Assembly (NCBI GenBank): GCA_963783425.1
Contig: CAWANO010000010.1
Coordinates: forward strand, 763,851-827,850
Source: an uncultured delta proteobacterium
GTDB taxonomy: Bacteria; Desulfobacterota; Desulfobacteria; Desulfobacterales; QNYZ01
Reading direction: 5' to 3'
Length of the DNA stretch: 64,000 bases
The notes beneath the pieces were generated by a model that was not told where the DNA came from, made no database searches, and was given only the letters and a program-made list of their open reading frames with translations. A program made the position numbers and the translations under genes. Positions within the stretch are counted from its first letter, which is position 1. Every line of letters starts with the position of its first letter. Positions 31,919 to 40,699 of the stretch are shown piece by piece.

Positions 31919-32923
31919 ATGCCATCCAGGAAAACCGTGGCATTTACCCAAAAGGCGGTCAATGTCTTCTTCCATATCCTCACCCAATGTAACCTGCATT
32001 GCCGCCATTGCTACATCAATCCTGACCAGCACGGCCGCCAGCATCTGTCCATCGGAACCATCAAGGCTTGGCTGGCGCTCTTTGCCGACCATAGCAAAGC
32101 GGCCAATGTCATTTTTTTGGGGGGTGAGCCGACGCTGCATCCCGGTTTGGCTCCGGCGGTGAGGCATGCCCGCCGGCTGGGGTATCAATCGGTCACTATC
32201 GACACCAACGGGTACCTGTTCAACTCCATTCTCGACAAGGTCACCCCGTCCGAGGTGGATTTTTTCTCTTTCAGTTTAGACGGACCCACGGCCGCCATAA
32301 ACGATCCCATTCGGGGCGAGGGGTCGTATCGGGCCTGCATAGAGGGTATGGCCGCTGCGCGCGCGAAGGACTTCAACATCAGTTTGATTTATACGGTCAG
32401 CAGCGCCAACATCGACGCCTTGCCGCAAATCTTACCGCTGCTAAAAAAAATGGGTGTAGCGCGGTTTTTCATGCAGGTTATCGGAATTCGTGGGCGCTGT
32501 GCGGCCAGCGAGCGCGACACCGGTCAGGTGACCCGTGAACGCTGGAAACAGATTGTGCCGCCCTTAGCCCACGAAGTCGCCCAAGCGGGCATCGTCACCG
32601 TTTACCCCAAGGTTTTTTTGGATGCGAATGAAGCCTTCGAATGCGCCGGCCTGGTGGCCGACAACTATTTTATCTTTCCCAATGGCCGCGTTTATCGCTG
32701 CCCGCTCTGCGAGGATTATGATTTGCACGCCCATCAGATCGTTGAAAACCGTCTGGTGCCCCAGCCGCCCATCAATGAAAGCGATCTTTTCGCACTGACT
32801 ATCCCCGAAGGCTGTGTGATGAACCGCCTGATTCAGCCAGACAACCTGCGCTACACTCCCGCGGGCACCCCCGCCTACCAAATCGCCTGTTGCCTGCTCA
32901 AGCAAGAGGTCTCCCCCTCCTGA
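31919..32923 (+). CDS. Radical SAM protein with C-terminal Cys-rich (SPASM/twitch-like) region, function unknown
   Basis: CNLHCRHCY CxxxCxxC motif, GGEPTL, and later ECAG...YRCPLCED. The likely start is ATG 31919 rather than 31886. Confidence 0.7.
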   Translation: MPSRKTVAFTQKAVNVFFHILTQCNLHCRHCYINPDQHGRQHLSIGTIKAWLALFADHSKAANVIFLGGEPTLHPGLAPAVRHARRLGYQSVTIDTNGYLFNSILDKVTPSEVDFFSFSLDGPTAAINDPIRGEGSYRACIEGMAAARAKDFNISLIYTVSSANIDALPQILPLLKKMGVARFFMQVIGIRGRCAASERDTGQVTRERWKQIVPPLAHEVAQAGIVTVYPKVFLDANEAFECAGLVADNYFIFPNGRVYRCPLCEDYDLHAHQIVENRLVPQPPINESDLFALTIPEGCVMNRLIQPDNLRYTPAGTPAYQIACCLLKQEVSPS

Positions 32924-32987
32924 GACAGCAATGGGTTGCATGACCTTCCACCAACTGAAACGTTTTGAAACAGGCTCTGCGCTTAGA

Positions 32988-33758
32988 CTATTTTCGGGTT
33001 AGGGAGTTGCCTCGGTGGCGTTGGGCTTCGAGTAATTTAGCGTATTTCAGAAAGGAACCACCGGCCTTGGAGAGGGAGATCACCAAACCGTCAAAGCCGT
33101 CCAGGGCGCCGCGTTGCAGCAGGTAGGTTCTGAAAAACATCCAACCTCCGTGGGTCACCGGTTCCCACCAGTAGGCAGTGTGGCCCTCACGGGCCAGCTG
33201 GCGGGCGGCCAGGGTGGAGTAGCGTTGAAGTTTCTCGATGATATCGGCGTAGTTCTGGTAGCTGTGGTGTTCGATGTGGGCGTCGATCTGTTTAATGGTG
33301 CCTGACGCCAGCCAGCGCTCATGCACCAAGTGGTCGCTGAACTTGCCCTTGGTGCGGTTGAGCAGGCGCACTTCACGTTCGGGCCACCAGCCGCAGCGGC
33401 GAATCCAGCGGCCGTGGAAGAAATTTTTGCGATAGACATAAAATGCGGCGATGTTTTTAAGGTGCGAAGGGTTGAGTGCCTTGATCTTGGCCGCCAGCTT
33501 CGGTGAGGCTTTTTCGTCGGCATCTATCAGCAATACCCAGTCGTTACGGCAAAGATCGACGGCGGCTTGCTTTTGGCGGGCATAACCCTGCCAGGGGATG
33601 TGAAATACGCGTCCGCCGGCCGCTTCGGCCATTTGCGGTGTGTCATCCTTGCTACCTGAATCCACGACTACGATATCGTCGGCAAAGCGTGCGCTGCTAA
33701 CGCAAGCGGCGATGCGATCAGCTTCATCCTGTGCAATGATGGCCACGGATATTTTCAT
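32988..33758 (-). CDS. Family 2 glycosyltransferase
   Basis: MKISVAIIAQDEADRI...VVVDSGSKDDT...LLIDADE (DxD) motifs. ATG 33758 overlaps the upstream gene stop (ATGA). Confidence 0.8.
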   Translation of the reverse strand: MKISVAIIAQDEADRIAACVSSARFADDIVVVDSGSKDDTPQMAEAAGGRVFHIPWQGYARQKQAAVDLCRNDWVLLIDADEKASPKLAAKIKALNPSHLKNIAAFYVYRKNFFHGRWIRRCGWWPEREVRLLNRTKGKFSDHLVHERWLASGTIKQIDAHIEHHSYQNYADIIEKLQRYSTLAARQLAREGHTAYWWEPVTHGGWMFFRTYLLQRGALDGFDGLVISLSKAGGSFLKYAKLLEAQRHRGNSLTRK

Positions 33759-35020
33759 GATGTATACGCCCCGTTTCCGGCAAAAGGCGGTACTGTCCTG
33801 CGTAACCCGGGTGGGCCTGCCCATCCCTGCTGCAGCCCAGCCACCAACGAGAGTAAAAAAACGGTACCTGCGTCGAGCAAGTGCCCATTGAGCATGCCCG
33901 TGATCATTAATACCATAACGGTGTAGAGAACGAAGCTACCCCGATCGCTGTGACGGTGACACCAAGCATTTTTTAACAATACCACATAAAACCAGGTGTA
34001 GGCCAGCACCCCCAATAACCCATAACTGGCCGCCATGTATAAAATGTCGTTGTGGGGTTGGGAAATGGTCGGGTCGCTGACGCGGCCGCGCTGTTTAAGT
34101 GCCTCCTGGTACCCACCCGTGCCGACACCCATGATGGGGTGCTCGCGCAAGATCTGGAGGGCGCCCTGCCACATGTAAAAGCGATCCTGATGGGTGGAGT
34201 AAATTTTCCCCCAAGCCTTCTCCGATCCGGCATTGATGTGGTAACGTAGTTCATTGACCGTCTGCTGGGCGCGGTGGCGCACAACCGGCGAGAGCACCAT
34301 CAAACCCGGCAGAATCAAGCAAATAATGAGAACTTTCCACATTCGAAGACGGTAGGCAAGGTTTTTTACCACCAACGGTGAGAGCAACAAAAAAGCCAGG
34401 TATCCAGTGCGGCCATAAATGATCATTAAATGGGCGAAGTAGAGTCCCATCAGGGCAAGAAAAATAGTTTTTGGCCTTAGGCTTACCGCGGTTTTAAAGT
34501 AATAGGATCCCACCAGAATGGCGATGATCAGATAGGCGCTTAAGGTATTGTACTGGCGGCCGAATCCCGTGAAGTACTCGCCACGCGAGGCCACAATCCC
34601 CGCCATCTGACAAAGCCCCAGCACAGCATTGATAGCGACTCCGGCTAAAAAAGCATACCCGATGGGCCTGAATTTGTAGCCCTTGAAGGTCAGGGCCGCC
34701 ATAGCCAGGCTGTTGATCCAATAATGGGTCTTTGTGGCGAAATTAAGGCCCATGGGATTGGGTTTGGGGGCGTAGATCAATCCGAACCATGGTAAGAAAA
34801 AGAGCAGTAGAATTGGCCAGAGCCAACTACTGTGGATGATGCGCCAGTTACGAAAAGCCAGCCCCGAAAAGAGCCAGACGGCAATCACCAGTCCCCCGCT
34901 GATTTGCATGGGCGAGGTGCCTATGCTCATGGCGAGAAAGGCCAGTGCCACGGCATAGTAAAGCACGGTTTCGGGATCAAAACGGCGTGCTAAAGCCATC
35001 GTCGGGTTTTGGCTCGTCAT
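33755..35020 (-). CDS. O-antigen ligase (Wzy_C) family membrane protein
   Basis: About 10-12 predicted TM helices. A periplasmic loop carries the HNDILYMAASYGLLGVLAY motif typical of Wzy_C/WaaL. Confidence 0.7.
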   Translation of the reverse strand: MTSQNPTMALARRFDPETVLYYAVALAFLAMSIGTSPMQISGGLVIAVWLFSGLAFRNWRIIHSSWLWPILLLFFLPWFGLIYAPKPNPMGLNFATKTHYWINSLAMAALTFKGYKFRPIGYAFLAGVAINAVLGLCQMAGIVASRGEYFTGFGRQYNTLSAYLIIAILVGSYYFKTAVSLRPKTIFLALMGLYFAHLMIIYGRTGYLAFLLLSPLVVKNLAYRLRMWKVLIICLILPGLMVLSPVVRHRAQQTVNELRYHINAGSEKAWGKIYSTHQDRFYMWQGALQILREHPIMGVGTGGYQEALKQRGRVSDPTISQPHNDILYMAASYGLLGVLAYTWFYVVLLKNAWCHRHSDRGSFVLYTVMVLMITGMLNGHLLDAGTVFLLSLVAGLQQGWAGPPGLRRTVPPFAGNGAYTS

Positions 35021-35094
35021 GCGGTTTGAATACCGATAGGGATCAGCATTGTCATGGAGTTTCGCCCATCAGCGGGTTGCGCCTAAACAGGTCG

Positions 35095-35131
35095 TAAAAA
35101 AGCCCGATCCTTGAATGAAGGTCGGGCTTTT
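35095..35131 (-). terminator. Intrinsic terminator after metF
   Basis: The minus strand reads AAGCCCGACC-TTCATTCAA-GGATCGGGCTTTTTT: a GC-rich stem followed by a U-run, 75 nt after the metF stop. Confidence 0.55.
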
Positions 35132-35206
35132 AAAGCCGTTACGGACTTTGGCGAGAGGCATTTTGCCTAACGCCATTTAAGCTCGGCCGGCGGTTGGCGC
35201 TTGCGG

Positions 35207-36154
35207 CTATTTCACTTCCGGTCGCGGCAGCACCTTGGCCTGTTCGGCGATTTGAGGCACCTTGTGCTCCCATTCGATGGCCATCAAATGGACGCCGTGC
35301 ACCCCCTTCATCGATTTGAACTCCTCGATCTGTTCGCAGGCGATGTTGATGCCTTCCTCGGCCACCTTGCCCTTGCCGGCCCCCTGCAGGCGTTTGATGA
35401 CCTCATCGGGTACGTCCATGCCGGGGACCTTGTTTTTCATGTATTTGGCCATACCGACGCTCTTCATGGGGGTCACGCCGGCCAGTATGTAACACTTTTC
35501 GGTGAGCCCCATGTCCTTGGCCTGGGCCACCCATTTGCGAAATTTTTCCATGTTGTAGATGCATTGGGTCTGGATGAAATCGACCCCGGCTTCGACCTTT
35601 TTGGCCAGACGATGCACGCGCCAGTCAAAGGGGTCGGCAAATGGATTGGCGGCGGCGCCGATGAACATTTTGGGCCGGCCCTCCAGATCCCCGCCGCTGA
35701 GAAATTTACCCTCGTCGCGCATCTGTTTGACCATGGCGATCAACTGCATGGAGTCGATATCGAAAACGCCCCTGGCTGTGGGGTGATCGCCGAATTGCTG
35801 GTGATCGCCGGAGAGGCAAAGCATGTTGCGGATGCCGTGTGCATAGGCGCCCAGGATATCGGCTTGCATGGCTAGGCGGTTGCGATCGCGGCACACCATC
35901 TGAAAATTGGGCTCCAGGCCCTCTTGCAGCAGCAGCAGCGACGCCGCCCAACTGGACATGCGCACCACGGCCGTTTGGTTGTCGGTGATGTTGACGGCAT
36001 CCACGCAGCCTTTCAGGTGGGCCGCCTTTTCCTTGACCTCTTCAACTTCCGCGCCTCGCGGCGGCCCCAACTCGCCGGTGAAGGCAAAGTGCCCGGCGGC
36101 CAGAACCTTTTCCAGATTACTTCCTGATTTGTAACCGTTCTGTGCTGTGCTCAT
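35207..36154 (-). CDS. metF: Methylenetetrahydrofolate reductase (acetogen/SRB type)
   Basis: 315 aa. FTGELGPPRG...NITDNQTAVVRMSS...MVCRDRNRLAMQADILGA motifs of MTHFR. Confidence 0.9.
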   Translation of the reverse strand: MSTAQNGYKSGSNLEKVLAAGHFAFTGELGPPRGAEVEEVKEKAAHLKGCVDAVNITDNQTAVVRMSSWAASLLLLQEGLEPNFQMVCRDRNRLAMQADILGAYAHGIRNMLCLSGDHQQFGDHPTARGVFDIDSMQLIAMVKQMRDEGKFLSGGDLEGRPKMFIGAAANPFADPFDWRVHRLAKKVEAGVDFIQTQCIYNMEKFRKWVAQAKDMGLTEKCYILAGVTPMKSVGMAKYMKNKVPGMDVPDEVIKRLQGAGKGKVAEEGINIACEQIEEFKSMKGVHGVHLMAIEWEHKVPQIAEQAKVLPRPEVK

Positions 36155-36184
36155 ATAATCCCCTTTTTGCGTCGGCAGCGTTAC

Positions 36185-36865
36185 CTATTCGGCCTTGTCC
36201 TTATCGGGCTTCTTATAGCCCGGTTGGAGCAACGTGCGTGGTGTCTGGTCCAGCCAGTTGGTCGGTGGATGAATCTTCTTAATGTTGTCCAACCGGTCTT
36301 GGGTGGCCAAGCGCTCGAAGATTTTAAACCAGGCACAATCTTGATCCTGGCTGATTTCACATTTGCCGCCGTTGGTGCCGCCGCAGGGGCCGTTGTAGAG
36401 GCCCTTGGCGCACATGGTGACCGGACAAATGCCGCCCGTCCAGCCCAGCACGCAGCTCTGGCAGGAGCGGCAGCGCTCCTCATACCAGCCCACATCCTGA
36501 TTGACGGCTAGACCGGAGGTGTCCAGGGCCGGAAAAACGGGCAGGCCCGGAAAGCGCTCGGCCAAAAACTGCACCCCCACCCCGCAGGCCATGGAGACCA
36601 AGGCCTCGTAATCCTTTACTTTGTCATCAAGTTCGGCCAGGTATTCCCGATCGCACTGACGTTCGAGGGTGACACCGTCGATCTCGAGCGGGTTGTCATC
36701 GAGCTTGCGGGTCATATCCAGCTCGGCATTCAATACGGCCACCTCTTTTTCACCGCCGGCCAAACAGACCGCCACACAGGTGCCGCAACCCACGTTGAGC
36801 ACTTTTTTATAGGGTGCCAGCATCTCCTTGAGTTCATCCAACGGTTTTCTTTTGCCAACGATCAT
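36185..36865 (-). CDS. metV: MTHFR-associated zinc/Fe-S subunit MetV
   Basis: 226 aa. GCGTCVAVCLAGG near the N-terminus and a Cys-rich C-terminus (CRSCQSCVLGWTGGICPVTMCAKGLYNGPCGG), as in MetV partners of MetF. Confidence 0.8.
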   Translation of the reverse strand: MIVGKRKPLDELKEMLAPYKKVLNVGCGTCVAVCLAGGEKEVAVLNAELDMTRKLDDNPLEIDGVTLERQCDREYLAELDDKVKDYEALVSMACGVGVQFLAERFPGLPVFPALDTSGLAVNQDVGWYEERCRSCQSCVLGWTGGICPVTMCAKGLYNGPCGGTNGGKCEISQDQDCAWFKIFERLATQDRLDNIKKIHPPTNWLDQTPRTLLQPGYKKPDKDKAE

Positions 36866-36923
36866 GTTGCCTCCTGTCGTGCCGCTTGGGTGTCAGTCGA
36901 AGTTGAGCGCCTTCCGGTTGCGC

Positions 36924-38243
36924 TTACATGGCCGATTCGGGATGAAAGACCAGCACATCCTTGAGGTCATCGCCCAGGTATTCGCGCTCGTTGGGGCCCA
37001 AAATTCCCATGGAGAGGCAGATCAGCGTCCACAAATGCGTGGTTTGCCAAGGATGTTCACGGATTTCGCTTAGATCGTGGATCTGGGCGTGGCAGTTGTG
37101 GCAGGGCGTAATACAGTAACCCGCCCCGGTGGATAGAATTTGGTTCGCTTTCAAGCTGCCGTATTGGCGGCGCGCTTCGGGCAAACCGGATTGTAAAAAG
37201 CCACCACCGCCGCCGCAGCAATAATTGTTGGAGCGGTTGGGCTGCATGTCGATAAAATTCTCTTCACCCACTACCGACTTGACCACAAATCGCAGGTCTT
37301 CGGCCACCGGATCACCAAAGGACTTGCGCACAAGCTGGCAGGGATCCTGAACGGTGAATTTAACCTTCAAATCTTTGTTCCAATCGCTGCTGACCTTCAG
37401 TTTGCCTTCCCTGATCCACTGCGCGTAATATTGAATGATGCTTTTGATCTCGAAGTTGGCTTCAATCTTGAACTTCTGCAGTCCGAACCGGACCGCGAAC
37501 AGTTCGTGCCCTCATTCGGTATTGAGCCAGACCTTACAGCCCAGATCCTCCACGGCTTTCACCTTGGTGCGGACGATGTGCTCCCAGGCTTCATCGTCGG
37601 CCATGAACATGCAGTAGTTCTCGGCCGCCCATCCTTTGGTGCCATAGGTCCAGTCGGCGCCCACGCCATGCAGGATTTTCCACAAAGGCACCATCTCGTC
37701 AGGCTCTGTGACCGGCTCTCGGGAGTTCTGGTTCAGGAAAAATTCCGCACCCTGCTTATTGACAGGTGCCTGCATCTCCTTGAACTCCGGCTGGCTCTCC
37801 TGGTATTCCTCGAGGACATCGGTGACCACAAATTCAAAATCTTCCTCCGTGGCGCCCATGGCACTGCAGGTGTCGTTACGAAGGGCCATATCGCAAGAAC
37901 CAAGGATGCCCTTAGGGCGTTTTTCCCGGGGCCAGGATTGTCGGGCAAAGTATACCAACTGGGGGATATTGATTTTCATTGGGCATACATAGACGCAGCG
38001 CTGACACATGCTGCACATCCATGCCCATGGTGTTGTAGTGACCTCTTCATCCATGCCCAAGGCCGCCATGCGCAGAAACTTGCGTGGATCCATGCCCTCC
38101 AGCCCGGTGGCGGGGCAGCCTGAGGAACAGGCCCCACAGGTGAGACAGAGGCTCAGGTTGCCGCCGTCAGGCAGCAGCTCCTTGACCTTGTCGATAAAAA
38201 TGCTCTTCTTTTTACCACCTAACTTGATTGCCTCATCAGTCAT
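36924..38243 (-). CDS. HdrD/GlpC-type Fe-S oxidoreductase (2x[4Fe-4S] + CCG domains) with an in-frame UGA read as selenocysteine
   Basis: The ORF track splits it at TGA 37514-37512. Reading through stays open for 47 codons (U-GHELFAVRFGLQKF...) into the 148-aa ORF. The joined 439-aa protein has CLTCGACSSGCP and CSMCQRCVYVCP clusters plus the CCG motifs NYCCGGGGGF and PCHNCH. Confidence 0.8.
37470..37505 (-). promoter_or_regulatory. Candidate SECIS hairpin downstream of the hdrD-like UGA
   Basis: Minus-strand RNA GAACUGUUCGCGGUCCG-GUU-CGGACUGCAGAAGUUC starts 6 nt after the UGA. The apical stem is GUCCG/CGGAC with a GUU loop. Confidence 0.45.
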
Positions 38244-38253
38244 AGTTTGCTCC

Positions 38254-38685
38254 TTAAGATGCTTTGACTTTGGCCCGTAAGGGGCTTGGTCCCAGCGACT
38301 TGATATGTTCGGTCATCTCATGGGCGTAGGCCGCGAAGGTCGGCCCTTCACCCGACGAGAGATTATACATTCTCACCCGATCTTTTTCCAGACCGATCTC
38401 TTCAAGTAGCAACCGTACATGCTCGACACGTTCGCGGCAACGGAAGTTGCCTTCGTTGTAGTGGCAGGTGCCCTCAAGGCACCCGACGCAGTAGGCACCG
38501 TCGGCCCCTTTTTGAAACGCGCGCAGTAGATGGATTACATCCACCTTGCCGGTGCAGGGCACCAGAATGATCTTCACGTTGGCCGGATAATCCAATCGCA
38601 TGGAACCTGCCAGGTCCGCGGCTGAATAGCCTCAGTACTCGCAACAAAACGCCACGATGGTGGGTTCAAAATCGGTCATCATCAT
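38254..38685 (-). CDS. mvhD: MvhD-like (methyl-viologen-reducing hydrogenase delta subunit family) protein with an in-frame UGA read as selenocysteine
   Basis: The ORF track has only the 115-aa C-terminal part. Upstream and in frame: GGAG SD, then ATGATGATG-MTDFEPTIVAFCCEY-TGA(38634-38632)-GYSAADLAGSMRLDYPANVKIILVPCTGKV. The CC-x2-U site sits where MvhD proteins carry CC-x2-C. Confidence 0.8.
38602..38617 (-). promoter_or_regulatory. Candidate SECIS hairpin downstream of the mvhD UGA
   Basis: Minus-strand RNA GGACC-UGGCA-GG(U)UCC begins 14 nt after the UGA and can be extended by CGC/GCG pairs. Confidence 0.35.
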
Positions 38686-38781
38686 CTCCAGACGTCAGTT
38701 TGGTGAACGTTAATCTCCGCTATCAGATGGTGGAGATTTCCATTGCCGCCATGTTTGCCCCGAGAGGCACCCAAGCGCGTG

Positions 38782-38815
38782 GCAAGCCCTGGTGTTTGCG
38801 TTCACCAGGGCTTGC
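38782..38815 (-). other. Perfect 13-bp stem hairpin between the EamA gene end and the mvhD start
   Basis: GCAAGCCCTGGTG-(8 nt)-CACCAGGGCTTGC. No U-run follows on either strand. It may be a terminator-like or leader structure. Confidence 0.4.
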
Positions 38816-38925
38816 TGGTAATGCCATTTAATCCGTGCAGCACTTGTCTTAACGATGCAGGACACTGAATCCATTATTCAAATGAAAAATTATCTATGCC
38901 ATAATATGATTTTGGGGTCAAGGTA

Positions 38926-39855
38926 TTAAGCACTGCGGCGGGACGGCGCTGACCCCAGGTAGATACCACCGATGGCCAGGGCCACCCCCAGCAAGTTGAC
39001 TATCGTTACACTGCGCCCGAAAAAGAGGATATCCCACATGAAAGCCAGGGTCGGCTGCAGCAAGAGCGCCAGGCCCACGACTGAGGGTTGAACTCGATTT
39101 AAGGCCCCGGTGATTACGATCCAGCCGACTACCTGGCACAGCAGCCCTAAACCCAGCAGGGCCAGCAGGGTCTGTCCGTCACCAATGGCAAAAGAGCGCT
39201 CCTGCGCCAGGCCCAACGCACCGAGCAGCAGTGCGGTGACGGCCGTGACGCTAAAAAGGTTGACCCACGCCGGTACCGTGGTGGGCAGCCGCTGGGCTGT
39301 GCGCAGCATGATCGTAAAGCCGGCATAGGCCGCCGCGGCCGTCATTGCCCAGTAAATACCCAGGCGGTCGGTTTGGGGCAGCTGATGCCACTGGATGCCA
39401 AGCGCCAAGGCCAGCCCGAAAACCGTTAGTGGTGCCGAGACCAGCATGCGTACGGTGACCGGTTCGCGGAAAAAGAGGACCCCCATGGCAGCCAGAATAA
39501 AGACCTGAAAATTGGTGACAATTGTTGCCAGGCCCGGGCCGATGTAAAGAATGCTGTGGTGCCAGGCATAGAGGTCGGCGGCAAAAAAGAGTCCCGCCAA
39601 AAGGAGCAGGGCCAGGTGGCGGCCACCGGTAAAGAGCCGCGGCCGTTTGTAGAGCATCCACAGCAACAGGAAAAAGGCGCCGAAGGCGACGCGGTAAAAG
39701 GCGGAGATGCCAGGTGCGATGTGGGTCAGCTGTACGAAAACGGCTGAAAAGCTGATGATGGTTCCCCCCAGCGCCAACCGTGCGATGGCGGCGGTATCAG
39801 CGGGCGCTGCGGGGGGCTTGCCAGTTCGGTTTTGCGAGGCGGGCTCCTTGGCCAA
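38926..39855 (-). CDS. EamA/DMT-family transporter
   Basis: 309 aa, about 10 TM helices, with the duplicated EamA-type architecture. Confidence 0.8.
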   Translation of the reverse strand: MAKEPASQNRTGKPPAAPADTAAIARLALGGTIISFSAVFVQLTHIAPGISAFYRVAFGAFFLLLWMLYKRPRLFTGGRHLALLLLAGLFFAADLYAWHHSILYIGPGLATIVTNFQVFILAAMGVLFFREPVTVRMLVSAPLTVFGLALALGIQWHQLPQTDRLGIYWAMTAAAAYAGFTIMLRTAQRLPTTVPAWVNLFSVTAVTALLLGALGLAQERSFAIGDGQTLLALLGLGLLCQVVGWIVITGALNRVQPSVVGLALLLQPTLAFMWDILFFGRSVTIVNLLGVALAIGGIYLGSAPSRRSA

Positions 39856-40078
39856 AGTGAAAGCGAATGATAACCTGTTGCCATAGCCGAAGCCGGTTGC
39901 AACGTCAAGCGGTCAGAGGCCGTACTATCTTTTTAAATTTCCGGTCCGCTGGTAGGGGTTTCACCCGCTGAGGCTCTATGGTAAATCAGAACTATTTGAA
40001 TCTTTCGCCAATTGAGCCAGGCATGAACACGACAACGTTATCGGTAACGGGCCAACGGCCAGGCAGCAGGAGGCGCGT

Positions 40079-40567
40079 ATGAACAAGCTGACCCACATCA
40101 GCAACAGCGGTCACGTAAAAATGGTGGATGTGACCGAAAAACCGGCCAGCGTGCGATCGGCCAGGGCCCGGGCAACAGTTCATCTTGGACGGCAGACACT
40201 CGCCCAGGTGCTTGACTTCAAGGTCGCAAAAGGAAACGTACTGGAAACGGCGCGCATTGCCGGCATCATGGCCGCCAAGCGTACCGGCGACTTGATTCCC
40301 ATGTGCCACCCCCTCAACATTACCCACGCGCAGGTTGATTTTGCGCCGGAACCGCAAACGGGCCGCATCGTCGTGACGGCCAACGTGCGCCTTTCCGGCC
40401 CCACTGGTGTGGAGATGGAAGCGTTGACGGCGGTTTCGGTTGCCTGCCTGACGATCTACGACATGTGCAAAGCGCTGGATAAATCGATCCGCATCACCGA
40501 TATGATGTTACTTGAAAAGGCGGGCGGCAAAAGCGGCCACTACCGGCATCCCGAAGCGGGCCGTTAA
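40079..40567 (+). CDS. moaC: Cyclic pyranopterin monophosphate synthase
   Basis: LTHISNSGHVKMVDVTEK...MCHPL...GVEMEALTAVSVACLTIYDMCKA. SD AGGAGG lies upstream. Confidence 0.95.
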   Translation: MNKLTHISNSGHVKMVDVTEKPASVRSARARATVHLGRQTLAQVLDFKVAKGNVLETARIAGIMAAKRTGDLIPMCHPLNITHAQVDFAPEPQTGRIVVTANVRLSGPTGVEMEALTAVSVACLTIYDMCKALDKSIRITDMMLLEKAGGKSGHYRHPEAGR

Positions 40568-40699
40568 CCCCAGGTCAAGCGAGAAATATTTACTAACCTC
40601 ATAAGAAAAAACTCGAAATCTCCTTAATATCAGTGTATTATAAGTTTAGCAAAACAAGAACACCTGATACGAAAGGAAGATTTCGAGTGAAAAGAAATA

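Noticed and set aside
35201-35875. 224-aa plus-strand ORF, and the similar 230-aa ORF at 37431..38123
   Set aside because: They are antisense to metF and to the hdrD-like gene respectively. His/Gly/Asp-rich with no motifs.
37512-37514. TGA treated as a true stop, i.e. the hdrD-like gene as a pseudogene or two separate genes; likewise TGA 38632-38634 in mvhD
   Set aside because: The frame stays open on both sides, the domain architecture is complete only after read-through, the UGA occupies a Cys-type position, and a hairpin follows. Selenocysteine is the simpler explanation.
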